Source: an uncultured cyanobacterium
GTDB lineage: Bacteria > Cyanobacteriota > Cyanobacteriia > CAKZMO01
Assembly: GCA_963719515.1 (NCBI GenBank)
Contig: CAVRCJ010000001.1
Coordinates: 192,001 to 256,000, forward strand
Reading direction: 5' to 3'
DNA length: 64,000 nucleotides
How positions within the stretch are numbered: position 1 is the stretch's first letter; each line of letters starts with the position of its first letter. The translations under genes and the position numbers were made by a program. Under the pieces are notes generated by a model, which saw nothing but the letters and a program-made list of their open reading frames with translations, was not told the DNA's origin and did no database searches. Positions 41,599-52,508 of the stretch are shown here, one piece after another.

Positions 41599-42495
41599 TC
41601 AGCGCGATCGCCTCAAATACTTCACATGCTGCTCCCAATTCTTCAGCAGCACCCCCGCAAACGGCACCTGCCCCTCCAGCTTCGCTAGCGCCTCATCCTG
41701 CGGATACCGCTCCAGCACCCGGAACCAATCCAGCAGCTCGCTCGTGCTCACCTTCTTCCCCGCCGTATTCCCCATCTCGCCCCGCAGCGCCTCAAACCGC
41801 TGCACCGCCTTGTCCGCCACCTCCGGCGCAGCATCAGGATATGTGGCCCGAACAATCTGAGTCAGGCGATCGCTATTCGGAAATTCAATGTAGTGGAACA
41901 GACACCGCCGCAAAAACGCATCCGGCAAATCCTTCTCATCGTTGCTGGTGATGAACACAATCGGGGCCTTATCCTCATCCGCCCTTATCTCCTCCCCCGT
42001 CTCATCAACCACAAACCGCCGCTCGTCCAGCTCCAGCAGCAGATCATTGGGGAAATCAATATCCGCCTTGTCAATCTCATCAATCAGCACAATCGTCCGC
42101 CGGTCATTCTGAAACGCCTTCCCCAGCGCCCCCATCCGCACATAGCGCGATGGATCCTTAGCCCGGTACACTGCCTCCGGGTCAATATTCTGATTCGCCA
42201 GTTGCGCATCCCGCAGCCGCCCCACCGCATCGTAGGTATACAGCCCGTCCCGCGCCCGACTAGTGGATTTGATGTACCACTCCTCCATTGGCAGCCCCAG
42301 CTCGTGCTTCACCGCCCAGGCCAGCTGGGTCTTGCCGCACCCCGGCTCCCCCTTCAGCAGCAGCGGACGCTCCAAGAAAATCGCCAGATTCACCGCCTCC
42401 ACCAGCGCCTCATTCGCCAAATACGGCACCAGCCGCCGCCCCGTCTTAGGGTCGCGATCGCCTAGCTTCGGCTGCTTTTGCCCTGTAAACTGCAA
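41599..42495 (-). CDS. MoxR-family AAA+ ATPase
   Basis: GEPGCGKT, VLIDEIDKAD, ITSNDEKDLPDAFLRRC; TTG start just after the upstream stop is inferred. Confidence 0.93.
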   Translation of the reverse strand: MQFTGQKQPKLGDRDPKTGRRLVPYLANEALVEAVNLAIFLERPLLLKGEPGCGKTQLAWAVKHELGLPMEEWYIKSTSRARDGLYTYDAVGRLRDAQLANQNIDPEAVYRAKDPSRYVRMGALGKAFQNDRRTIVLIDEIDKADIDFPNDLLLELDERRFVVDETGEEIRADEDKAPIVFITSNDEKDLPDAFLRRCLFHYIEFPNSDRLTQIVRATYPDAAPEVADKAVQRFEALRGEMGNTAGKKVSTSELLDWFRVLERYPQDEALAKLEGQVPFAGVLLKNWEQHVKYLRRSR

Positions 42496-42497
42496 CT

Positions 42498-43867
42498 CTA
42501 AATCGAATACCAACTTGAAGACTCCATCCGCCAGTCGTAGCCGCACCGCTTACAGATTTCAAAGAAGACCCACTCCGGAACCCCCTCGTCTGACAGCTCG
42601 TACATTTCCCCAATTGTCGCATCTGTGTCGCGGGTCATCTCCGCTGGCAGGTGGTGAAACTGGCCGCCTATCCATTGATCTAGCTCTTCTTCAGAGAATT
42701 CCTTATTTTGCGGAGATTTGTATGGGTAGTAATTCGTGGTATCGGCGTCGAGCTTCTCAGTAAAGGGAATATTGCGCTGAGCCGTGACGGCCTCGTTGTC
42801 GATTAAGACATTAGCAGCTTGTGCTCGTTGCCCTGTTTGGTTCGCATCCCTTCTGCCTCATTGGCCAGCGGCAGCCAAAACTCCTGAATCAGCTTATTCA
42901 GCAGCTCCTCCGACAGGCAGTCTACGTCGTAGATTGCCAAAATCAAATCCTGCGTCTTCCACCACCGTAAGGCTCTCTTAGCGATCTCCTTCGGCTTCGT
43001 GTTGCGATCGCACTTCAGCTCCATCGCCAGCTCTGCCCACAGCCCCCTCACGTCACTGCGTCGCCCCACCCGGTCTAGGCTCACCCGCAGCTTCTTCCCA
43101 GACATACTAGTGGGCACATACTGCTGCAACAGCCGGTTCACCAGCCACTGCTGTCCGTACCGCTCCGTCGGCCCGTGAATTAGGTAGGCTCCAATGGGCT
43201 TTTTCTGCACCAGCTTGCGGAAGAGCTTCGCCTGGGGCCGATAGCCCAACTGCATTAGCGCCTCTTTGAGCTGGTTGCGGTCTACGGGTTGCCAAATGCG
43301 GTTTAGCTCTTCGATGGCGATCGCCGCCCCCACCCCGTCCCGCAGCGCGTGGCTCACCACCGCAAACACCTTGCCGGTTTGCGGGTTCACCACAGGAGCA
43401 CCGCTAAACCCACCCCGAACGCTGTCATCCTCAAACTTCAGCTCCCATGCCTGGATGGGGTTATTGGGCGGATGCGCCGTGATTTGAAAGGGCTCCGCCA
43501 GCGTCCCGGGTAGCTTCTGCGTCCGGTGATTCTGCGCAGAGGAGACAAACGCCTGGTAGCCTTCTACAACAACCTTACTGCCTATAGGTCCCGGCTCGCC
43601 CATGGCAAACAGCGTCTCGTCATCCTCCACTAAACCCTCTACCTTGATCACCGCCAAGTCCAGACCCAAATCATCCCCCGTCACCACAACGGTACCCGGC
43701 AGTCCATTCACGCAAATCGTCTCCGCCCCCACGTCGCGAATCACATGGGCGCAGGTGACAATACAGGCAAACTCTCCAACTCGGCGCACAATAAAGCCAC
43801 TGCCGTAGTCGCGGTTCCGGTCTGCACTACTAGCGATTAAAACAACGGGGTCAGCGATCGCCACCAT
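42498..43867 (-). CDS. Trypsin-like serine peptidase fused to inactive STAND (iSTAND) domain; frameshifted near 42808 and 42604
   Basis: Triad TCAHV / DLAV / GGFSGAP; LGYRPQAKLF..YLIHG..YGQQWLVNRL; continues in other frames as LIDNE...FSEEELDQWI and EGVPEWVFFEICKRCGYDW. Confidence 0.8.
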
Positions 43868-44201
43868 CGGCAGTATCTCTTGGCTTGGGCATCGGTTTAG
43901 GCTTCAGCACCAGTTTAACGGTCAAATTCGCTGTGGATTTGGCTTTTGTAATGTAGATGTTACCTTCTCCCTCAAAGCTCAGCCCCAGCTCCACCTCCGC
44001 TTGGTCAATCTCCACGTCCCGGTTTAACTCTTGGCAGGCCGACACAATAGGCCGACAGGCTTTCACAATCAGGGGCCGCACTTCCTCAAACGTCGCCCCC
44101 ACTTTCTGAGCAAACCGCCCAGACACCTCGCGCACCTGATCACCCTGCACATCAACCTCAACTAAAAGGCCGTCCTGAAACTCAACCAGCTGCGTTGCCA
44201 T
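43851..44201 (-). CDS. Trypsin-co-occurring domain protein (Trypco1 / CU044_2847-like)
   Basis: 116 aa, DGLLVEV...EVELGLSFEGEGNIYITKAKSTANLTVKLVLK; overlaps the peptidase start. Confidence 0.8.
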   Translation of the reverse strand: MATQLVEFQDGLLVEVDVQGDQVREVSGRFAQKVGATFEEVRPLIVKACRPIVSACQELNRDVEIDQAEVELGLSFEGEGNIYITKAKSTANLTVKLVLKPKPMPKPRDTADGGDR

Positions 44202-44299
44202 GCAATTAGTTCCTAGCAAAGTAATTAGTATACTTCTCTCAAAGAGAGTTTTTCGATGATAGCGCCGTCCTAAAATGAGCCGTCGATAAGGAAAATGAG

Positions 44300-44520
44300 G
44301 ATGCCGTCGCTCTGAGGCGGCGGCCCGCGCCAACTATCACGACGGTGCGCTGCGATCGCATGCATGTGGGCGATCGCACGCTGCTCATCGGCAACGCGAT
44401 CCATGCGGCTTCCCCCGCCATCGGCCAAGGCTGCAATGCCTCGCTGCAGGACGTGATGGTCTTCGCCCAATGTTTAGGCGCTATGACAACGAATTGGAGC
44501 CAGCGATCACCCTTACTCTG
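44300..44520 (+). pseudogene. Fragment of FAD-dependent monooxygenase
   Basis: LLIGNAIHAASPAIGQGCNASLQDV (GDAAH..GQG motif). Confidence 0.7.
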
Positions 44521-44619
44521 AAGTTCTCAGGCAAACTCAGGACTGGATTGAGCGGGTTTAGGTGACGGGATAGGCAACAAAGGCGGGTTTATGGCTTTGT
44601 CAATGGGAAAAACTATTCC

Positions 44620-44833
44620 GTCTGCCCCTCCGCCACAGGCGATCGCGGCGCTGACCAATACGACATCCGCGTGATGGACAATGGGGCTCACAGCGGCCCA
44701 AGGGCAGTCCGATTGCCAGGGCACTCACCAAGCCCAGGCGCTAGCGCAGCAGCTGGGCGGCCAGTTCCAGCGCCGCGATCGCTATCCCAAGGGCGTCTGC
44801 TGTGAACTTGTCTGGCCTGCTAGCCTCACCTAG
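44620..44833 (+). pseudogene. C-terminal HATPase fragment of a sensor kinase
   Basis: YDIRVMDNG ... QGTHQAQALAQQLGGQFQRR..PKGVCCELVWP across a frameshift. Confidence 0.55.
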
Positions 44834-44835
44834 GC

Positions 44836-45649
44836 TTGGCGGTACAACTGGCTTGGTTTTCCGTCAAGCAGGCCCGCGTCGTCCGCAAGGCGTCGGGCTA
44901 CTTTGTCATGCTGTCGCTAGAGGCTGATGTAGACATCCCTGATGTTCCCTTTCACGGCCACCCGGTGGGAATCGATGTAGGTCTCGAATACTTCCTCTCG
45001 ACTTCTGACGGCGAGCAGGTCAAGCGACCCCGCTTTTTCGACGAGCTGCACCGCAAGCTGAAATCGCTGCAGCGTAGACTCAAGACTAAGCGCAAGGGGA
45101 GCAACAACTGGCTGAAGCTGCAAAAGAAGATATCGAGAGTGCATCAGCGCATCGCCGACACCCGCAAGGACTGGCACTACAAGCTAGCGCATCATCTGTG
45201 TGATGGCGCAGGTGCTGTTTTTGTCGAAGACCTCGACTTCCGCATCATGGCGAAAGGGATGCTGGGCAAACACATCCTTGACGCTGGCCTAGGGCAGTTC
45301 ACCAATCAGGTGCTTCCTTGGGTGTGCTGGAAGCGTGATGTCTACTACGGCAAGGTGGACCCGAGGGGCACTTCTCAGGAGTGCCCAGACTGCGGCGCTG
45401 AGGTGCGCAAAGGTCTGAGCACTCGAATATCGCACTGCCGCTCTTGCGGTTCAGTCAAGCCGCGAGATGTGGCGGCAGCGCAAGTGATTAGTACCCGTGG
45501 GCAACGGGGAATAGAAACTGCCTGTGGAGTCGAGGCGGCGGGGGCTGGGGTAACTCAGTCTAGCTGGCTGGCAGCGAAGCAGGAACTCTTTGGGGTAACC
45601 CAGGGAATCTCCCTGCATACCCGATAGGGTTGCTGGGAGAGGATGTCAA
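44836..45649 (+). mobile_element. tnpB: 5'-truncated IS200/IS605 tnpB with intact right end
   Basis: RuvC GIDVG, VEDL, PRDVAAA; Zn finger CPDC/CRSC; right-end hairpin TCTCCC..GGGAGA then GGATGTCAA; N-terminal third and left end absent. Confidence 0.9.
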
Positions 45650-45774
45650 GCACACCCATTCTGACACCGCCAAACCGATCTTTATTATTAGGAATTAAAA
45701 CCTCAAAGCCGGACCAAATAGACTTCTGAAGGATCTATCCTGGACTCGGAGCGTTAACCCTGGCGAAATCTGAG

Positions 45775-48590
45775 TTGAACAACCCCAGACCCACTACTTC
45801 AGAACTCCCTCTTCTAGAGACCAAGCTTTACCTCCCGCAATGGTCTGCTGACTTAGTATCGCGCCCAAGACTCATTGATCGCATTCACCCGCAGCGCAAA
45901 TTAACCCTGGTCTGCGCCCCAGCAGGTTTTGGCAAAACGACACTGCTAGCAGAATGGGCAGCAGCCGTACCAACAGGGCCCGTTGCCTGGGTTTCCTTAG
46001 ACCAGAGTGACAACGATCCGGCTGTTTGCTGGACCTATCTGATCACTGCTCTGCATAAAATTCGGCCCAGCCTAGGTGAGCGATCGCTCGCGTTACTGCA
46101 ATCACCACAGTCCCCTCCAATTGAGCCGGTCTTGATGACGCTGCTCAATGAACTTACTGCAGTTGAAGAGTCTGTTGTCTTGATCCTTGATGATTACCAT
46201 GTGATCTCAACCCAGGCCATTCATGACGGGGTCGGTTTTTTTCTCAGTCATTTGCCGCCCCAAGTGCATCTAATTATTGCCAGCCGCGCTGACCCGCCTC
46301 TGTCTCTGGCGCGTTTAAGATCCCACAAAGAATTGACCGAGCTTAGGGTAAGCGATTCGCGGTTCACCCCGGCGAAGCTGCCGCTTTTTTGAACCAGGTG
46401 ATGGGATTGGAGATTTCGGCAGCAGAAGTTTCCGCCTTGGAGCAGCGGACCGAAGGCTGGATTGTAGGACTACAGCTCGCGGCGCTGTCCCTACAAGGGC
46501 ATGAGGACGCTGCTGGTTTTGTGGCGGCTTTTTCGGGAGACGATCGCTACATTGTGGACTATCTGCTGGAAGAAGTTTTGCAGCGGCAGCCCGATCGCGT
46601 TCGTCACTTTTTGCTGCAAACAGCCATTTTGGAACGTTTGAGCGGTTCTCTATGTGATGCCGTTACCGGCCAAGCCGGTGGACAGGAAATGCTGGAAGCG
46701 CTAGAGCGTGGCAACCTGTTTATCATTCCGCTGGATAACAAGCGCCAGTGGTACCGATACCATCACTTGTTTGCCGATGTTCTTCAGGCCCATGCCCTGA
46801 TGGAGTGGCCAGAACAGATACCCAGCCTGCACGGACGAGCAAGTGACTGGTGTGAGCAGAACGGCTTGTTCTTTGATGCAATTCGTCATGTCTTGGCCGC
46901 CCAGGACTTTGAGCGAGCAGCAGGTCTAATAGAGCAGGTGTGGCCTACCATGCGTCGGCGTCAGCGAGAAGCCACTGTACTGAGCTGGATCAGGTCACTC
47001 CCTGACTCCCTGATTCGCAACCGGCCCGTCCTCAGCGTTGCCTACGCCCTAGTGCTGCTGAACGATGGCCAGCTAGACGCGGTTGAATCCCATCTGCAGG
47101 ACGCAGAACGATGCCTGGGAGCGGACACAGCCGTAGATTCACAGGAGCCGCTAGCGGTTGGGAGCGCTGTAATGGACGACGCACAGTTGCGGTCTTTACC
47201 CGCCTCCATTGCCAATGCCCGCGCCTATCGGGCTCAAGCGCTGAAGGATGTGCCCAGCACTGTGGCTTACGCTCAGCAGGCCCTCGAACTGTTGCCAGAA
47301 AATGAGGAATACGAGCGCGGCACAACCGCAGCCCTGCTTGGGCTCGCCTACTGGACCAGCGGCAGGCCAGAAGCCGGCTACCGTTCCTTTGCTAAGGGTC
47401 TGGCAATTTTCAAGCAGATGGGCCTCCCCCAGATGGCCATTGGCGGCACCTTGATCTTGGCACAGATGAGTATGGCCCAGGGGCGTCTCCACCGGGCAGC
47501 TAATATTAGTGAGCAGTCCTTACAGCTGGCGATAGAGCAGGGCGGCCCGGTGCTGCCGGGCACGCCAGAACTGTATTTGGCCTTGAGTGAAGTGCGCTAC
47601 GAACAAGGCGATCTGGCGGCTGTCAGTCAGCTACTGCTGAGCGGTGAAACGCTACGTCAGCAGGCTTCGCTATCGGGGGCTGCCTATCTTTGGTGGGCGG
47701 TACAGGCACGATTAAAAGCCGCCGAGGGCGATCTGGAGACTGCCCTCGACCAGCTTCATGAGGCCGAGCGGCTCTACGCCCGAACGCCTATTCCAATCCC
47801 AGATGTGCGCCCGATTGAGGCTTTAAGGGTACGGTGGTGGCTGCGGCAGGGAAGATTGGCCGAAGCGCTGGGCTGGGTGCGGGAGTGCGGTTTGTTGGCG
47901 TCCGACCCGCCGAGCTATCTACACGAATATGAACACCTGACTCTGGCCAGCGTTGAGATCGCTCAGTACAGGCGTAATGGCACACAGGATGGACAGACGG
48001 CGAGGGAATGCATCAGGACTACGATGATTGATTGCTGTCCGCCGCTGAAGCCCAAGAGCGCACTGCCAGCATGATCGAAATTCTGGTGGTTCTGGCTCTC
48101 GGCGAGTAGCGGCTCAGGGTGATCTCCCGGCGGCATGGCCAAAGACCGGCCTTCGGCCATCGCATCGCTAGAACGGGCCTTGCTCCTGGCTGAACCGGAG
48201 GGACATGTTCGCATCTTTGTAGAACATGGAGCACTGATGGTGCTACTGCTGCGGGAGGGGAGTCGCACCACTCACGCATCGCTCCATGGATGTTTCAGCA
48301 GCTATTCGACGCCCTTAAACCGGGGCCGCTCCAAGAAGAGGTACTGATGGCTGCTGGAGACCTGCTTCGAGCAACCCTGAATCGTTCTCCCTCTCAGTCA
48401 AATGAGAAACTGTCTCTTCCTCCGACGTCACCAAACACTGAGAAGTTCCTGGCTCGAAAATAGCTGTGAGCTGGTCTGTGGGCTTTGAGCAACAGTGGTA
48501 TGGACACCAAGTGGATTGCAGCAAACTTAATGTCACGAATCGTTGTTGAGCTGCTTGGCGAATCGAGTGAGCTAGATTTGATTCAGCGAG
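45775..48590 (+). CDS. MalT-like STAND/LuxR transcriptional regulator (multiple frameshifts)
   Basis: ETKLYLP..LVSRPRL, APAGFGKTTLL, LILDDYH, TEGWIVGLQL, WYRYHHLF; corrupted LuxR HTH (..SKLNVTNR..SELDLI) recoverable at ~48390-48590. Confidence 0.85.
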
Positions 48591-48744
48591 TACTCTCTCG
48601 GATCATTTTGACAAGACTTGCTCAAATTCTCACGTCTAATCCCACCATGGGGGTACAATGGTTTCCTGAGTACCGTTTGTATCTTTGAGCTGTTAATGCG
48701 AACCGCGGTCGAGAGCAGGTGAGAGCACTTTGATGAATCAACTA

Positions 48745-48990
48745 TGCAATCAGCTCATAAATCTGTCACCCACTTGAACAGTACTAGATTTGTATCAAGG
48801 GACATTTTGATTGTCGTTGGAGCGTGGCTTGGGGACTTGTGGATCGCGCCAAGGAGTACGGTGAACGCTGTTGATCTGTCCAGTGGTTGATCAGGTAGTG
48901 CTTGATGGAATTGTCGATTAAGGTACGTAATTTGGGACTGCCGCTGGTCTCGAAAGTCACGCTGACCAAATCCTATGAACAGTAATATTT
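48745..48990 (+). pseudogene. Small conserved protein typically found downstream of MalT-like regulators (frameshifted)
   Basis: Fragments CIKGH.DCRW, PVVDQ, KVRNLGLPLVS across frames. Confidence 0.5.
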
Positions 48991-49044
48991 CCAGAACATC
49001 CAAAATGAAGAATGACGATGAATTCTACAGAAACAGATGCTCAT

Positions 49045-49440
49045 AATGAAAATGAAAAGCGAAGCTCTCGGCGCTGTGGATGTTTTATCTTCAATACGAT
49101 ATTTTTGCAGATCCATGAATTGATCCAGTGGATTTATGGAACAAATGATGATGGGACACTTCAATGGAATTCAAATCACAGAACAACTGTCGCTGTTTGG
49201 TGGTCTGGTGGCAGAAGGTGCCATTGCTATGGGTGCTTCTCCTCCACTGTTCGCTGGATGGTGGTAAATCGTTGGGCTAACATCATCGACCGCTGTGATG
49301 ACCCTTGTGTTTGAAATCAATAATGGTACTACTGATTTAGACGATACCTTTTGACTACTCCAGAGAAATCTGCTGCTTCGTCCTTCATTGTCTTGGTCGG
49401 CATGGTGGTGGCGAAGTCTGATACGAAGTGTGATGAATGA
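49045..49440 (+). pseudogene. DUF6326-like membrane protein (frameshifted)
   Basis: Fragments KLSALWMF, IHELI, GFMEQMM, GIQITEQL, VNRWANII, DLDDTF. Confidence 0.55.
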
Positions 49441-49502
49441 GTCAGGAAGCATTAGCTTTCAAAATAAAATGCCGATATTTAGACACAATAGGAGAAATTA
49501 AA

Positions 49503-49890
49503 TGTGATTAAAGGAAGAACTTGTTGTTGTGGGTAAAAGTTCAATTTGAGTTAATTAAGTGCCCACAATGATGGGTATGTGCCATTGCAGCCTATGTTGA
49601 AAAAGTTGGCGTGAGCACTCTCGTATTTGTCAAGGTCGTAAGATTTCAGATTTAATAAGGTAGGTGTGATCAAATATCTATCTATAAAGCTGAATCTCAG
49701 CATAAGATCGATTGCTGTTTTTGCTTGGCTGCGGTTCTGCATGGAGAGGTGTTGTCAGAAAATGATTCATTTCCTTTGGCGGTCAACTGCATAGACGGGG
49801 ATATTGGACTTGAAAAGATAGTTTTCATGAAATTGTTTGGGAAATGCTGCCAAACTTGCACACTGTACAGCAATTCTGATTCAGCATCGA
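49503..49890 (+). pseudogene. GFA/CENP-V family Zn protein (frameshifted)
   Basis: Fragments CCCG.VQFEL, MCHCSLC, CFC..CGS, LAVNCIDGD. Confidence 0.55.
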
Positions 49891-49990
49891 TTCAAATCAT
49901 AAGTGCAATGATCGACCGCCTCAATCTTCCCGTTCGCAATGTTCTGGCACAAGGTGACAACCAACGTCACGTCAACCCAGGAGTTGAACC

Positions 49991-50607
49991 ATGACTCAAG
50001 CGGCCCAATTTTGGGACAAGGTTGCAAAAAGTATTCCAAACAGCTGATTGCTGATGAGCTGGAATTTATCAGAAAAGCTAGTGGTTACTGTGACTACTCT
50101 TCGGCCCCATATGGAAGTGTTGGAATCGGCTGCGGTACGGGTCAATGGCGATCCTCCACGCCCCCTATTTGAAGTATATCGGCGCCGTTGATTTCTTCTG
50201 CCAATATGATTGTGATTGCCCAGGGCAAGGCCAAGCACATCGATAATGTGACCTTTCTGAACAAGCCACCATTGAAAGATCTCGAATAGTCCTGGTTGGA
50301 GTCTAGATGCGGCGTCAGGTTTCAGCATTTTGCATCTTCTAAAAAACAAAAAGAAAGAACGTATCGCTCAGGTGATCAAGTTACTCAGGTGGTCTCTTCG
50401 TCACGAGTACTGTCCGCAATGGGGGACACCATGGAGCTGGCTCAAGCTCATCGTGCTAATTGGCTCAATTCCTCGGAATCTTCCGTTCGCTTCAGGTTAT
50501 TACTGTGCAAGCACTGGCTGACAACTCTTATCAGGCTGCATTCTAAATGGGATGACCAATGGAACCGAACAAGGGCAAGGGAGTGTTCATTGTGGCCAGA
50601 AACCTGA
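49991..50607 (+). pseudogene. Class I SAM-dependent methyltransferase (frameshifted)
   Basis: MTQAAQFWDKVA, MEVLE.GCGTG, ANMIVIAQGK, SILHLL across frames. Confidence 0.7.
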
Positions 50608-50614
50608 ACAAACT

Positions 50615-51420
50615 ATGAACGAAACTGAATCAACAAAGCGTCTAGTCTCTACACCAAGAGGGTTCAATTTAGCCATGCTGTTAAAGACAGCAATCTCAAC
50701 ATTAGAACGCTGGAAGCCGCTCCTGAGTGTCGACATGCTTCTACGCACTGACGATGTATCTGCCCCTCAATGGAAGAACAAATTTAGCCGCTCTTGGTCA
50801 GCTCTGCAATGATCATCTGCTGTTGAGTCAGGCCGCGCGCCTCTCTTACTCTATTCATCTTAGCTACTTGTTAAAATTCTCACCGGCCGGGGTAGGAATA
50901 GGAGCCTTCAGTCTTGCAACTTCTCAGAAAAGACTGCCTCAGTCAGCCCATGCTCCGGTGTCGATATTTCTGACGGCATGATCCAGCCTACTTAGGTTAA
51001 AATAATTCCTGAAAAATCGCTGACGATACTTTCTACTCTGACAGATGCGGGGCAGATTAGGCGCTGACCCTTTGCCGATGAGTCCTTCGACGCGGTCATT
51101 TTTCCGCCCATGTTTTGGAGCAGATATGGCCGAACCCGTAGAAACGCTGCGTGAGATGATTGAATTCTGAAACCAGGGGCTCTCAGCTGATTGGCTCTAG
51201 TAACCGAAAAGGCCTAGGTCAAGTTCTTACGTCCGCACTGGCACAATCGAGGCTACAACCTCAACGAGCTAGCCTCTCTTCGACAAGCGACAGGGCTCGA
51301 GCTGTCAACGCCTTCGACTATGGCACTGGCTGGTCGAGATGTATGCGCCTGCTGCGGTTGGGTCAAAAGAAAGAAATCGAGAGAGACCTTGGAGGTGAAC
51401 TGCAGTATGTGGGCTAGATC
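50615..51420 (+). pseudogene. Second class I SAM-methyltransferase-like gene (frameshifted, boundaries approximate)
   Basis: PFADESFDAVI, AHVLE, ETLREM..ILKPG at ~51065-51185. Confidence 0.5.
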
Positions 51421-51439
51421 ATCAGTGACCGCATCTCCA

Positions 51440-51720
51440 ATGTTTTGAAGGCAAGCCCTTGGAGGCCTGAGGGTCGACCTGCAGGTGGCGCTGTCCTTTT
51501 GCCGCAGCATGAAGCAGTGGCGCTCGATGCGCTGCTGGGCTATCAGTTGCGATTGAGGCACTACGGGATCGTCGCGAGGTCTTCACTCAGGGAGGCTTAC
51601 GTCGATGCCCACGTGCTGAAGTCGGCCCTCATGCCGCTGATCTACGAGGGGCGGCTGACCGGCATCTGTATCTGGAGAAAGATCTGGTGGAGGGGGCTTT
51701 ACGGCGATGGCTCCATGGTA
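51440..51720 (+). pseudogene. Possible GAF-domain fragment of a sensor kinase
   Basis: MPLIYEGRLTGI then YLEKDLVEGA in another frame. Confidence 0.35.
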
Positions 51721-52189
51721 GAGCGTAATTCATTGAGCTTAGGGACGATGTCGTGTGGTATTGGGAACATCGCGACTTTCCCAGCCGAACGACGCCCTGT
51801 TCGGGTTGAGCTAGAGCAGCCGGCGTATAGCGCAACGCTGTATCGCTCTGCCAGCTGCGCTGACGGCGTTTCTCGGCTCAGGCAATTATTGTTCGCAATG
51901 AGGAGCGGCAGGTGATTGAGTGCATCAACTATGGCGATACTGGTCAGTTAGCGCAACCTCAGCCGGGCAGCAGCGCAGCAGCCGTCTTGGGCTTTGCCTG
52001 TGAGCAAGCTCAGTCAAGCTCTGATGCGTCCCAGTGATAGCTTTACAGCGCGGATAGAAAGTTTGGGTTTAGCCTCGAAAAAGACCTTTAAGTCCCTCTC
52101 TTACCATAATTTCAAGCTGCCCAACGCTATCCATTGCCTACCATAGATAGTTTTTCGCATCATATCAGCGCGAAAAATTCTGAAGCGAT

Positions 52190-52500
52190 TATAGACCACG
52201 ACCATCGCAGCCGCCACCATCAAAGCCACGGCCATCGTAGCCGCTACTCCCGTCGCAGCTACTTCCACCATCGATGCTACCTCCACCGTCAATGCTGCTT
52301 CCAGAATCAGAGCCGCCGTCCAAAAAGCCACCAACATACAGAGAAGGCGAGTATCCCTCGTTCTAGCTGTTCGGCGCGTTGATAGATTACGGCTGGAAAG
52401 AACTTTGCGAGAAAGACAAAAAGTATTAAGACAGCGATGAGCAAAATAATCGGATGAGTTCCTCTTTTTAAGAAGAAGGTTTACTAAAATGCGAATAAGG
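52190..52500 (-). CDS. Small hypothetical protein with Gly/Ser/Asp-rich tail, 5' end abutting IS4 element
   Basis: Frame reading DGGSDSGSSIDGGGSIDGGSSCDGSSGYDGRGFDGGGCDGRGL-stop. Confidence 0.4.
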
Positions 52501-52508
52501 CTTGAGAT

